A stretch of DNA of 64,000 bases from Phoronis australis (lineage: Eukaryota > Animalia > Phoronida): assembly GCA_002633005.1 (NCBI GenBank), contig NMRA01000253.1:259251-323250 (forward strand). The letters are read 5' to 3'. The position numbers were made by a program, and so were the translations under genes. Within the stretch, counting starts at the first letter, position 1; every line of letters begins with the position of its first letter. Below the pieces are notes generated by a model that searched no databases, was not told where the DNA came from, and worked only from the letters and a program-made list of their open reading frames with translations. Below, piece by piece: positions 36,897 to 49,600 of this stretch.

Positions 36897-39800
36897 AGCC
36901 CGGTCTCCAATCTCCGTATTCAGACTCGAATCATTCTCAAACTCAAACTTCATACTCAACTCGAGTACAGACTCAGCTTTGGTGTATTCAACTATCAATA
37001 ATGTCACCCTCGAAAAATCTGTACTCGAAATTTAGAGCACGTACTCAATTTTTGAGTATATTGGAAATGAAGTGTATCTCATCTATATTTCGAGTACGAG
37101 ATTGAGTAAAATTCCGAGTATATTCTCCAAATTTCAAGTTTGGTCTGGCAGTGTGCTTGAAATTGTACTCGAAAATAAATATGAGCGAGAGAACAAAATA
37201 TCGAAAGGTCACCGAGAGACACAGCAAATATAAAAAAATTAAGTCCTCTTACCACATTTCAGCACTTCAGTTTCAGTTCAAAGAAAAAAGTTTTCATTTT
37301 TAATCTACTTATTCTTCACCTTATTAACCCGCCGCATCACTGCATGTCATCGTCGCCAATTTATAGACTCCTTCGCACTGTACGATTCCTGGCAACAGGC
37401 GCATTCTAATCCCTTGTCGGCCAGTCATTACATGTGTCGAAAGCAGTTGTGGGAAAAGTCGTTCGAGAAATTTGTACTGCCCTCATTTCAGTACTCATGT
37501 AGATGTGCCTACGGTTTTTGGGGCTTCCAAAAGACGAAGAGGCGAGGAAAGTTAAAAACAGTTTGCTGCCCCGTCAGGTACATTTCGCATCATAGTTTAC
37601 TCATCTATAATTCCTCTATCCCCGAATGGCATTCCAAATTTTGTTTACCGATTTTTAAATAGACGTCTCGTCACTTTCAATGATGAACTCTGAATGCCTG
37701 TACATGTTGTTTTTTTCTGCCTCGCCAAATGCCAGCTAACTTGATACATTCCGGTAAAATGCAAAGATACAGTATCCAAGTTTTGGCAGCAGCGTAGGCT
37801 TTCACGGCAATGGGTTCTACTGTACATGTATGTCAAGACTAAATTAGCAAGAGAGAATAGGGGTTGACCAGGAAGCAAACAACTGAGGCCCAAAAATGTG
37901 ACTGGCGCTTCGGGCTTACGTGGAAAACCGGCTAACTAGAGAAGAACGCCACCGTAGGCAATTAAGTTACTTTTGAAATTCGACCTTCCGTCAAATAAAT
38001 TGTCTAATTCGAACTGTCCCTTAAAAATGTTGGTTGCAGGCCTGTGGTATAGTACCTGCCCACCACTTCATTACTAAGAAAGAAAATTTAAATATGTCGT
38101 CAATAGGTGGTGTGACCATGCTCCAATAGGTAAAATGACTGGTACATGTATTTGAAGAGCTATATCGGACGTACATGTAAACTTCTTACATAAATGGCGG
38201 ATGCCGGAAGGACGAACCGCGCAAGTGCGAACTGGAGTTGGTACTAAACGAGTACTGGCGCAACCACTTCTTCAATCCATGTGTTAGAAGAGTCACTTAA
38301 GGAGTCCCTTAAATAGAGTCACTTAGGTTATTAAGTAGAAGGCAAAAACAGCTTACTTATGTATGCATAAACTATCTAGAGCAACAGTATACGTCACTTT
38401 CCATAGCTTAAAGTAAATGTTACTAATTATCGAAGATCCAATCACTTCTCTTTGTGTAAAGCGGGACCTAGTTATGAAACGTCAACTCATCATTCATCCA
38501 AGCACGGGGCTTCCGCTGACGAGTTGTTCGTCGTGGGGTCGAGATGTCAGCACAATCGGAGGATGGCGGCTGCAGTAGTAGAAATACAGTCATCTGAGGA
38601 AGAAGTTGTTGTGGTAGGCGTAAAAACTTCTCACGGGAGTTGGGGTATTCCTGTATAATGTTATATGGGACAGGTAAAGCAAGGACCAGGTGACATTATC
38701 AACGACGTCGCCATCATGCATAGGATTACTCTGTCTACGAATAGGGCCGTCAGAAGACAAAGTAGTAGACACGATAATTATTGGAAACAGTCGGTACAGC
38801 GGACGGTGTAAAGCTTGAAAGAAATTGTAAACGTTCTTATGTCACACAAGTCGCCAGAAATAGAAGTGACCATATATTTCTCACGGGTTTGGTTTTGTCC
38901 TTGGCACGACGGAAATAAACCAGCTGACCGATATGGAGGTTCACAGCCGGGGCGAGAGTGTGAACTCTTACCTTGGACTTGACACTAAGGTCATGGTTCT
39001 CGTGTCTAGAGTGACGCTGGTTCATGGGAGTTTCTCACATCGTGTGGGCTGGAAGGGATTAGGGACGTTTACGGTGAGCAAACCGTCACGAGCAATGAAG
39101 GAACAATTTATGTAGCGTTTCACATCAGGGATCTTGGAAGTCTTCTTGGAGGGACGAGTTCCCTGATGTAGGTGAGCATGAGTACGACGGAGATCAGGAC
39201 AGTCCTGCTGAGTAACTTGCCACGCGGCTGTGCTGGTTAAGGGCATACGGGCGGAACCATCTAGGACGTCAGTCACGCTAATGGCACGAACAACACTATC
39301 CTCCATTTCAGCGATGGCAGAGCAGACCTGACAACTGGAGTCAGAGCATTCAACAAGATTTCTGCTCGAAAATCAGAGGGCAGATAGGCTACAGAGGCAA
39401 TATGGCGAACAAATACACCATATCGATTCAGAACAGATAGGAAGGAAAAAACGTGAGCACTAGCAGAAAACTCCCCTCTGAGGAGTTTGGCGTAAGGTCG
39501 ACTATCAGTTAGTCTCTGCGTTGGTGTGGATGACTGGATAATTAAAGGAGCAAAGTGGCGTACAGACGTTCCGATGCAGAGAGCCTCTACTTCGCAAGGA
39601 AACCACGTTACTTGGTGTTTGCGTAGTTTAGTGTTGAAGAATTCAGCAAGGAGCAACTTACCACCAATATTAACGTACAAAGTGGGTGCGATACAACTGT
39701 TCTTGACAGAGCCATCAGAAACAATCCAAAGTGAATCCTGCGGCTGAGGAATAGTGGTAGTTTTGCTGTTACTTAAGGCGCCCTGGAACTTCACTAAGGC

Positions 39801-42782
39801 ATCTCGGAGGGGATCTGATCACACTATTGCCTCACGGGATTCACGGCCTGCAGCAGCCTGTTCGAGCGGGTCAAGTAAACCTGCATAGCCAGGGAAAACT
39901 CAAATAAGAACCTTGAAAGCACCAATGTAGGACATTAGTCTGAAGACTATACTGGGAGCCTCAACAGAAGCAAGTGCAGTGAGACGGTGAGGCGAAGCTT
40001 GTTGGGTGCCCTGGCGCCAAACCCACCCGAGAACGACAGTAGACTTTGGACACACGATGGTCTTCTTAGCAGAGAGACGTAAGTTGTTCTTCTTCAAAGC
40101 ACATAGAACACGACGTTAATTGGCAAGGGCATCGAGTGGGGAATCACCACCGATGTACAGGTCGTAAACGACCTTAGCAATCCAACTCTTTTGAATGAGG
40201 TCACCCAAAACTCTGGACATTAGCTCTTCAAGACACGACTCAGACCCGGGCATTCCCATCTCCAGACCAGTGCCTTGAAAGGTGTGGCAACACTGCAATA
40301 CTTCATGGAGGCGTGACTGAGAGGGATTTGATAAAGGGATTGAAGTAAATAAGTTACGATAAAAAGATCCACTTTCGTTTTGACAAAGTAATCTGTCAAT
40401 ATTCGGCATGAGTGAGTGTTGAGGCTTACTATACTGGGTGACTTCTCCAAACGATGTGAACAAGCGGCTACATCCTCTCGGTTTCCTAGAAAGGATGTGT
40501 TCAGGTATTCCACATGGACATTGGTCAGTTCAGGCTTAGCAGAAACGCTAACAGCTACAAGTTCATCAAACTTGGCTTGAAGTTCGACAAGTCTGGTTCT
40601 GTTGTATTGTGGGATGCGGCCTTTGCGTTGGAGCGGCAATATCGGTGCCATATGTACAACAGCGTGTACATTGCCACTGGCTCCATTGTACATGGGAAGC
40701 GAGGGGTTGAAGACATCGTCAAACTCGAGGTGGAGGTGTGTAAATCTGTCCCAAATGTCGATAGACAGCATATTGTAAGGGTGGCGAAATGTTGCGAGAG
40801 TCCGGGGAGACAGATGAGGTGACTGTAGCAGATGCGAGTCAGAGGGGGGTGTCACTGTGGCATCGCTATCGTGGGAAACGTGTTGGCGGATCTGGCACAG
40901 ATGCTCACCAGATTTGATGAGAGTAGGGGAATCACTGTTGTTGCGAAGTCGAAGAGAGTGATAGGCAGACTGCACTTCCTGTGGAGATGGCCATGCCGGA
41001 ATTGGACCGGTTGACAGGTGCGTCTAGGCGAGGTTCAATAGCACAGGCTGAATCTGGGTGAGCTGGAGGTGGCGTACACAACTGGAGTGACTCTCCTTGT
41101 GGAATCACTGTGCCCTTCTTGCTGCGAAGCAGGAATGCTTGGGGGATTTGCAAGATGTGAGGATCGGCCATAAAGTACAAACCGTGACCTCCTATGATAA
41201 CCTGAAGTTTGGCTGGCCGAATTGCAACATCGTTCTGGGCAAGAAAGGGGTTACCAGCGAGAATATCTACGTCAAGCTGGCGGACCACGAGGGCAAAAGA
41301 CTAAAGGTATGGTCACCACGGGTCAGATTGCAATGAACTTCACCGACCACGTCAAGGGTGGTTACGCCATCGGCCTGCCGAGCCATCTGGGAGGCAGAGG
41401 TTATGGGAAAATCATACACGCAACAGGCGGATTCTCTGATCATGTTGGTAATGGCACCTGAGTCTAAAGTAAGCTGGACGGGACGATCGTAATGGTACAC
41501 AGATAGCAGAGGGGGCTGGTTAATGCACACACGACACGCAGAAATGAGGTCAGTAGACAGGCTGGGGTTATAATTCGCATCTCCTGCATCATCGTAGTCC
41601 TTAGGCACAAAGGTGTCACATTCTTCGACTCTTCTGACACGGCCAACATCTCGCCTGTCAGCCTCAGTTAGAAACCTGCAGCCAACGAGCTTGTGTGATG
41701 TATATGGGCGGTCAGCAGCTTTACACAGAGTGTACGACAGGAAACGTTGTCTTCGGGAAGTGGCGGAGCACGGGGATGCAGTGCGCATCACCAAGGCGTC
41801 TTCAATGGAACGGAGCTCGTCAAGGAGAGAAGACATAGCCTGTGATATCTCTGGTTTGATGGATGCTAGAGTACGGGTTGCGTAACTCAGCGCCATACCT
41901 GTGTTTTACAAGGAGTGGGAGGCCAGTGTTTATAAGGGATATCCACATGTAGACGATGGTGTTCTCCAGGGTAGTTGTAAGGTCCTCGCCACTTGTCAAG
42001 TTTCCCCGTGGCGAGATACGCCGCAATTAACGGTATGCAAATTGTCCTCGATAAATGCGGTAAGACGCAGGAAGAGGTCTTCTAGGCGTTCGTCAACTTG
42101 TATTCTTATGTCCACGAGGTGGATGAAAATGAAAACCTATAGTGCAGTCTTATCTTGTTCCAGATTTCGGTTAGGCTTAACGAATCCCGAAGAATGGAGT
42201 TGCGGGAAATAATCGGGCTAAAGTTCGCAAGGAATAAATGTGTCAATTGTAGGGGAGAATGAACTCGTTTTGCCCCCCCCCCCCCGGCTAAATCAGACAC
42301 TGAGATTGTGGCTACTCCGCTTCGGCTGTGAGGTTGTTTGATGTAATAACCTGTTACAAATTTCTTAAGACACTTTCGGGAGATAAAGAACTCAAGAAGT
42401 AAAGCTTAACAATTGGCAAATGTATCAAGGAATAGTATAAGAATATTGCATTTAAACTGAAAAAAAACATGAATAACAGTTACAGAACACTCTGCATTGT
42501 GCGTTATACTCTTGTAATTGTAGCGACATCAGACAATAATGTAGATGTTACGGTAGTGTAAGCGGAGCGCTGAATTTAGCGCGACTTTGCGTGGTTTTGC
42601 ATTTCACATCTTAAAGAGTTCCGTAGCAACTCGAGTACGGTTCTCAGATTTGAGTAACTTTGGAGTCTACTCGAAATGCGACACTAAAGACGCTCTTTCA
42701 GTATGACTCCAGTGAGCACGATTTTGAGTATGAAATCTCGAGTATGAGTATGAGTCTGAGTAAGGAGATTGGAGACCGGGCC
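36897..42782. mobile_element. Large (~5.9 kb) Harbinger-like TIR element related to the MITE family, containing a Gypsy remnant
   Basis: CGG|AGCCCGGTCTCCAATCTCCGTATTCAGACTC at the left and GAGTCTGAGTAAGGAGATTGGAGACCGGGCC|CAG at the right; ACTC/GAGT-rich subterminal regions. Confidence 0.7.
38239..42260 (-). mobile_element. Degraded Ty3/Gypsy LTR retrotransposon (gag-PR-RT-RNaseH, integrase core deleted, probable 3' LTR only)
   Basis: Gag-like ANFSPIISRNSIL..IWNKIRLHY; protease LTLDSGA; RT MGMPGSESCLEELMSRVLGDLI..YDLYIGG; RNase H VSDGS..PCEVEAL..TDSRP; PR-RT-RH-(IN) order. Purine tract at 38445-38452 followed by TG..CA at 38444-38239 is a putative LTR. Confidence 0.85.
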
Positions 42783-44485
42783 CAGATTATCGCGACTAAT
42801 ATTTCTTTAGTCAAAATTCACGTTTCGGATTCCAATTTACGCTCCAGAGTTGCTGTCAGACTTCTTCTAGGAATGTCGGCCTGCAGAGGATTCAACTTCG
42901 GAATGAAGATTTTGCAAGGGCTCTGTCCCATTTAATGATCGATTTCATATCCACGTTTGTCAAAGTAAATTGAAGTGTTTGCATGAAATCCGCTTGAAAT
43001 TTGAATCTGGTAAAGTGATTAAATAGTTTAAGTTTGTCAAAAAATTACTGTGGATTAATTAATGGGTAGCTATGTTTGAGCCTAGATGGGGAGAGATATT
43101 TTAAATCCAGTAAATAATGAATTCGGTTTCCCATTAAGCGAAATTTTATTGCGTATGAGACCGTGTGAAATCGACCCACTTACACGAGAAATGCTGCAGA
43201 AATACATTGTATGTTAGCCACAATTACCAACTGAACCAAGAGATACTTAATAATAACTAAGAAAGGACACTCTTTAATCCTGTGTCACTGGTATTCACTG
43301 CCGTGATGAAATGAGCACAGTCTAAACTATATTACTGGATGTCATGAAGTTGGTTTAAAGTTAAACCGGGTTTAAACTGGATTTAGAACAGTTTTACAGG
43401 TAATGAGATTCATGGCACTCTGACATTAATCCTTTTCTTTGGGCAAATAACATTATACAGCCTTCATGCTTCATATCTAACTCCTAGTTAGTTCCTACCA
43501 AGTCCGATGGTAGCGCTGTTTGCTCTTTCTCTCCAGCTTCCTGTTGGCCCAGTTAACTCGTGTTTTCCTAATTAGACAATTATGCATTATTCTTATTGTT
43601 TGACTTGTCCCCAATAATCTGCATTTCATGAAGGTGTTTTAACTTGTTTACCAGTGGTCTAGGGAAACCTGGTTTAAGTCCAGTTTAGACACGGTCTAAT
43701 TCGGCTTTTATTTCACCAAATGGACTATACTGTAGTCCTTAGACCTGTATTGAGATCTTAAACCAGGTTAAACTTTAGACTTGGTCACACCCAGGTTTAA
43801 AATGTTAAATCTGGCAGACTTTCACGTGTAGGTGCAACTGAATGGTGCCACGGTGTGTATTTACTACGCAGTTTTAGAGCGAGGATGGACTATTTTAGAA
43901 TTTCAGTTTTGCAACGACACGCGATCAAATCTAGCAGGGGCAGATTCAGGATATTTTAAGAAAGTGGTGCGGATCAAGAATTTTTCAAAAGGTGGAACAA
44001 GTCAACAAATTGAAAATTATATTGTTGTATTATTAAAATCAAGGGGTAAAGAGTGTCCGGACACCTTGATCCCGCTGGACCCGCCTATGCGTAGACCAGT
44101 ACATGTATGTGGTTCAATTAAAAAGTGACATCCTTCTCACTCACTGCTGAAAATAATAAAAATGAAAAGTGTAATATATTGTATTAGGCTTTATCAGCTT
44201 TGGCACACTGGTTTTTACATTTCGTTGTCAAATAGAATTCAGTTATGCCAACAGATGGACTTGAAAGGAACTATCATATAAAGTAAACTAATTTTTGGAC
44301 GGCTGACTACCTATAGCCAGTCAGCTCATTGCAATAAAACAGGTGTCTCCTAGGTGTGACATCACAGACGGTTATTGTTGTGTATCTTATTTGGCAAATA
44401 AAGTAGACACTCCACAAACTACGCAGTGAAACGAACAGTACTGAACTGAACTGGACACTGAACTGATTTATTCTACATATCACCA

Positions 44486-44491
44486 CTATAT

Positions 44492-44553
<62 letters not shown>
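44486..44553. repeat. (TA)n microsatellite
   Basis: Directly visible. Confidence 0.95.
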
Positions 44554-44554
<1 letters not shown>

Positions 44555-46259
44555 CACAACTACATAACAGCATATGGTGCAGCTATGATACAATTCTTAT
44601 ACTAGCAATAGGTATCGCACGACATAATACCAAGTAAACTAATGAACTCATAAACAATAAAAACCTACAAACATCCTGTTATTGTGTGACTAAGTACACA
44701 ACAGTTATGCAACCGCATAAACCTATTTTCAGAATTGACTCGGCTGAAGCCGGACCAGGTCATTACTGCTGGGCTTTTCTAATGAAACAGGATGTGCTCT
44801 GTGCAACTGATTCATACAGTGCCATTATATGTGTTGAAAAGCAGTTGTTTTGGTGTCTAAGTCAAGCGAAGGTGTGCGTGAGCCCTATAACAGAGTAAAC
44901 GTGAGAAGACCGCTATGGATATTTGTCACACATGTGTTCCGGTTATGCAACTGCCTGGCCAGCCGTGAGGCAGCCAGGAAGATGTCTAATAATTCAGTGG
45001 CTGTACTGTACATGTACAAGGGTTGGAAACTGCACGTATATATTTCAAACATTCACAACAAGCGATCAATACTAGTAAACTCAAATAGTGTGTAATGGCT
45101 AAATAGCCCCTTTTACAATTACGCTCTCCTCAATAGAAACACACATGCCAACATCGTAAAAAATAAACCTGGCACTCGAAGACACAGCGGAATTGTCAGG
45201 TACATGCAAAGGTGGTGGTCATCCGTTGTCACGTTCACAGAAATACACTCACCAGATTTCACAAAGATCCTTTATAGTTTGTGAGAATAAATGTAAATCT
45301 TATAAAGCAGACTGTCATTGCAAGACAAAAAAAATTCAAAAATCATTGTCAGCCATGCTCTTCCCAGTAAATACATATTTAACTAGATTTTACAATAATT
45401 CTAATCGTAGTTTGCTCGATAGGATTGGACACGGATGCCAAAAAGACTCGAGATTAATAAAAATGTCCACTATGTCACATCCACCTGAAAACGGGAAGGC
45501 GTCATCGCCTCTTTTAATCGGAAGCTGTTTAGCAAATCTTATTTAACAAAGATCCTGCAGAAGATTCAGGAGATATAACCCAGTAACAGATACCTATTTG
45601 CCAAATTTTATGAACATCCTTGTCGGTTCCACCCAAAAAGTTGGTACTTGCAAAATTTCATGAATTAATACCCGAAGGCTTTAACGATACAACAGCAGAG
45701 GGTTGACGCAATATGGATGAACGGAAAAGCCATAATTCGCCCATGGATAAAAATCAGGACGCATAAATGTTCATATATACATATATTACTAATTACCTCT
45801 TGTTTGAATTTATACGTGCGTGTTGTTTTCCTATACTTGCTTTGAAGTAGCAACATTTCTAAAATCTCTTTAGTCTACATGTATTTACACCAAGCTCTCG
45901 TTAGGAACCATTTGGTTAGCGGCACAGAACTCTTACCAATACCCCACCGAGCCACTCATTTACTTTGAGAAATTTTTGATCTACATCAACTTTTATATTC
46001 CTTAGAGATGATAACTAGGTGTCAGAGACGGGGTCCATTCTTTAAAGGCTAATAATGGGTTTTGCGCAGGAATAACACACAAGGGAACTATTTTGGGTGG
46101 CATGGAGTTCGAGGAGCAGCTACCTTATTGATTACAGCTGTAAAACCAAATCCAATGTGATTTGAAATTTTATTACACATCGCCTATTATCTCAGTTGTA
46201 TGAAAACCATTTGAGGTACTCAAAGACCGCTTAACTAATAAAATCGATAAACCGGGAAA

Positions 46260-46630
46260 CATGATTAAAATCGTTAACGTATCAAGCTGACATCGGAGGC
46301 TGGTTTGACGAAGTCTACGTAGGGGATATGCAAACTTGTGGATATGAGCACTGGAAGGCTGTGGAGTCGCTTTAATTGAAAAAGGCAATATAATGGGGGT
46401 GTATCTACTTGTTTCATCAAACCAACCACCCGATCCTCATCCAGGAAATTTTGCACGTGGAAGACCTACATGTCAGGGCAGACAACTCATAGACTTTTTA
46501 GAGGACTGCATCGGTAACATTAAAGAACAACAGCGACCAACCGAATTTTTGAGTGCTTCTACTCCGACACCCTTGCAGACGTGGGCGCAAATGCTTATAA
46601 CCATTTGGACAGGCTGGGGCAATAAGTGAT
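46260..46630 (+). mobile_element. Possible decayed LINE endonuclease fragment
   Basis: GGV-like and QGRQLIDFLEDC segments resemble APE-domain motifs; weak. Confidence 0.3.
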
Positions 46631-49600
46631 GAGAGACTCAAGACATTGGCAATTGTGCTCCTGATCGTGAATTAATACTGTATTTGCCTTGCTGAGGTTC
46701 ATGCCCCAGCTTAAAAAAATGCAATGCTTAATTGTAGAGGGAGATCTGTAGGTAGTTGTTTCACAATGATTTCAACCACAGTCACAAATTACACAGGTAG
46801 TCTTCTTTCATTTTGTCCGTTGCACTGTTGTTGTCAATGAAGTGCAAGACTGCTAATGACTTTATAAACTGTATCGGTCTCGTGTCTAATTACCTATGTA
46901 TACAATAGCCTCTACCCATAGATCACTTTTCCAGTATGAGCGTGCGTTAGGCATTTAGGGCATATTACGGGATGCTCAGGAGGTGTTGGGGCTTTAGCGG
47001 AAGCGGCATTACTTAAGTTAGTCATCAAAACAATTTCCTGGTTTAATTGGAATTGTTTGTGATGGCCAAGCATTCAATTTGGAGAAAGGTGTACCAGAAT
47101 CATCTACTCTTTAGAGCAATATATTTGGAGACGGTATTTTGAAGCTAGAAGTAAATTTCACATGTCACTTTTATCCACCAAGATGCATGAACTGCATGTT
47201 TCAGCATTTTAATATGAATTTTGAAAGTATAAATGTTGGTCACTGGCATCCACATACTCCTAAATAGTGCACAGTATGTTTCTTTTTACTTTGAAAAGTA
47301 AAAATGTATTAGTTCCGTAAAGCACCACTGCAAGCGCTGTTTTTCGTGACGTCACTGAGGCTGTATAGCACAAAGAGATATATGTCATATAGCTGTGCGA
47401 GTCCAGTCGACAGATCAACATGCGCATACTCTCAATCTTTTTCGGTTTTCTTTCCTGTGACTTTGTTTCATCCCTGGGCCTAGCCAGCCAGCTAGCTCTA
47501 CGAAGACTGTATTTAAAATAAAACTAGGTACCAGTAGGACTGTGTGTTGAGCTCCGTTAGACTCCGAAATTTCATGGTAGTTCTGCTCGTCACCTCGTCG
47601 CGAAACTTATATCAACATGTAGAGCTCTAAACCGGCAGGGTAGCATGCAAATATCTGAGTGTCAACCGACACACACCTTGGTTCGTTGGAGCCATTTAAA
47701 TGAAACGCAATCTTGTAAAGGTTATTGCATTTCGTAATTCTCCATGCCGAATAATACGCTTACACAAAAGTCACGCATTCTGAACTTATGCGTGACTTTT
47801 CACGCTCGTCCTTTGGAGCGCCTTTTACCGGGATCAAAGAGAGCGCGGCGCCACAGTCGGAATCCGTTGCGATGACCACATTGGCAGGTGCGAGCAAGAC
47901 TCAATTAAGTGAAATTACCCGACCATAAACCGTAGTAAACACCTCTGTCCGTACAAAATGCATTGACACACACTTTTCGTTAAAAAAAACAATACCACAA
48001 CTGTATTCAGATGGAAAAAAACAACCAAGTTTGGTTTTAGATATTTAAAAATCGATGAACTATTAAGCTAGATTTACAAACATGGGGTTCGATTGAAGAT
48101 AAAAGAATGCGCGTGTTGATATACTCGGTGATTTACAAACGCTGATCAGAAAAACAATATCACGCGATTTCGATAGTTAGCTTGTAGTAATTGAACACCT
48201 GTGGAGACAACTTTCTAGTCAACGAGAGAGTGCAAGCAGTGGAAGAGATTGGTCGGTGGGCAAGAGCTGTGATTTCATTTTCATGACTGAGGAAAAGCTA
48301 GAATAGTTATGTAGTTACTGCAACCAAATTTGTCCAGAAGTTCCAAATCTTCAGTTTGCCTATCACCAGCACATTTGTATATATTTCTATTATTTGAGCT
48401 CTAACAAAGATTGAACTTGATCTAATGGCACGTGGAATTTTGTTTGCTGTGACATGTTTGGTTTAGCTGTAATCTGGAAAATTCAGGGATGGATTCACAA
48501 TTAACTGACTTCTCAGTTGTTTTGATGCTTCAGTTAATCAACCGGTGAGAAAAAACAAGTAGGCAGGAGTACTAAAATAAAGTAATAAAACAGATATGAA
48601 ACATATTTAAAACCAGCATTCTTTTGGGAAGTGGCCCTTGGTCAAGATCAACCCAAATTAACTTTTTAGTCTTTTTGAAATATTTAAAATGTACTAAGTT
48701 AAAACTACTATACAGATTGCAAGCTTTAACTCTGTGGAAATGCTAAAGAAAAATAATCAATTTGGGTGTAATAACGTCCATCATTGTTAAGAAAGCTATT
48801 ACCTTTCAACTTCATTAACTCAGATCTACATCAACACAAATGGCGTGCTGAATGGGGATCGTTAAAATTGACTGGGGCTTAGGGACTCATAGCGGTGACC
48901 TTTTGCAGCCTTTTGTAACAAAGAAAACAGTACGCTCGACACACGCTATTCCTAAAACTTTGCGACATCTGTAAGGAAATGATGACAGCTTCGCAGGAGC
49001 AAAATATTTTGTAAAACTCGGTTTCCTGGTGTTAAAATGCTGAAAAAACTTGCAAGGAAATGGAACCAGCTCAAGTAATTTGTTGTGACATACACACAAC
49101 TTCGAAGAACAGTTCGATCTCTTGGATGAAGAACAACTCGAGGAACGAAACTGACCAATAAGGCAACAGGTGACGGCGGCTAAAAGCCGACCTTAAAGAG
49201 CGCATCCAATTTTTAGCAGTAGAGTGAACGGCAGAACGCCACTTTTTTCAACACCAGTCAATGATTTAGTTTACTCAAGGGAGAGTGTAATTTTTAATGA
49301 CACAAATTTTGTGTCAGATCTTAAGTGATCAGTTTTTACCCACATAGTTGCAACGTCCGCTGTATACTTATTATACAGCTTGCACCGAAAAAAGACTAGG
49401 CAGTCGGGGCCCTTTCCTGGCCCGTGCCGAGAACGGCGTCGTTCCACTAATAGTCAACATTACACGGCAATAATCTTGTATTTTGACGTTTTGAGAACCG
49501 AGATCGCAGACTAATTATAGACATTAAGCACAGTTCTTTATCCGAGAGGCATTCACCTTATGAGCTTCATACTGTACATAATAAGCTTTATTTATCTTAT

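Noticed and set aside
40514-42212. Plus-strand ORFs over the Gypsy region
   Set aside because: Antisense shadows of the minus-strand gag-pol.
44307-44573. ORF with a YIYI run
   Set aside because: Translation of a (TA)n microsatellite.
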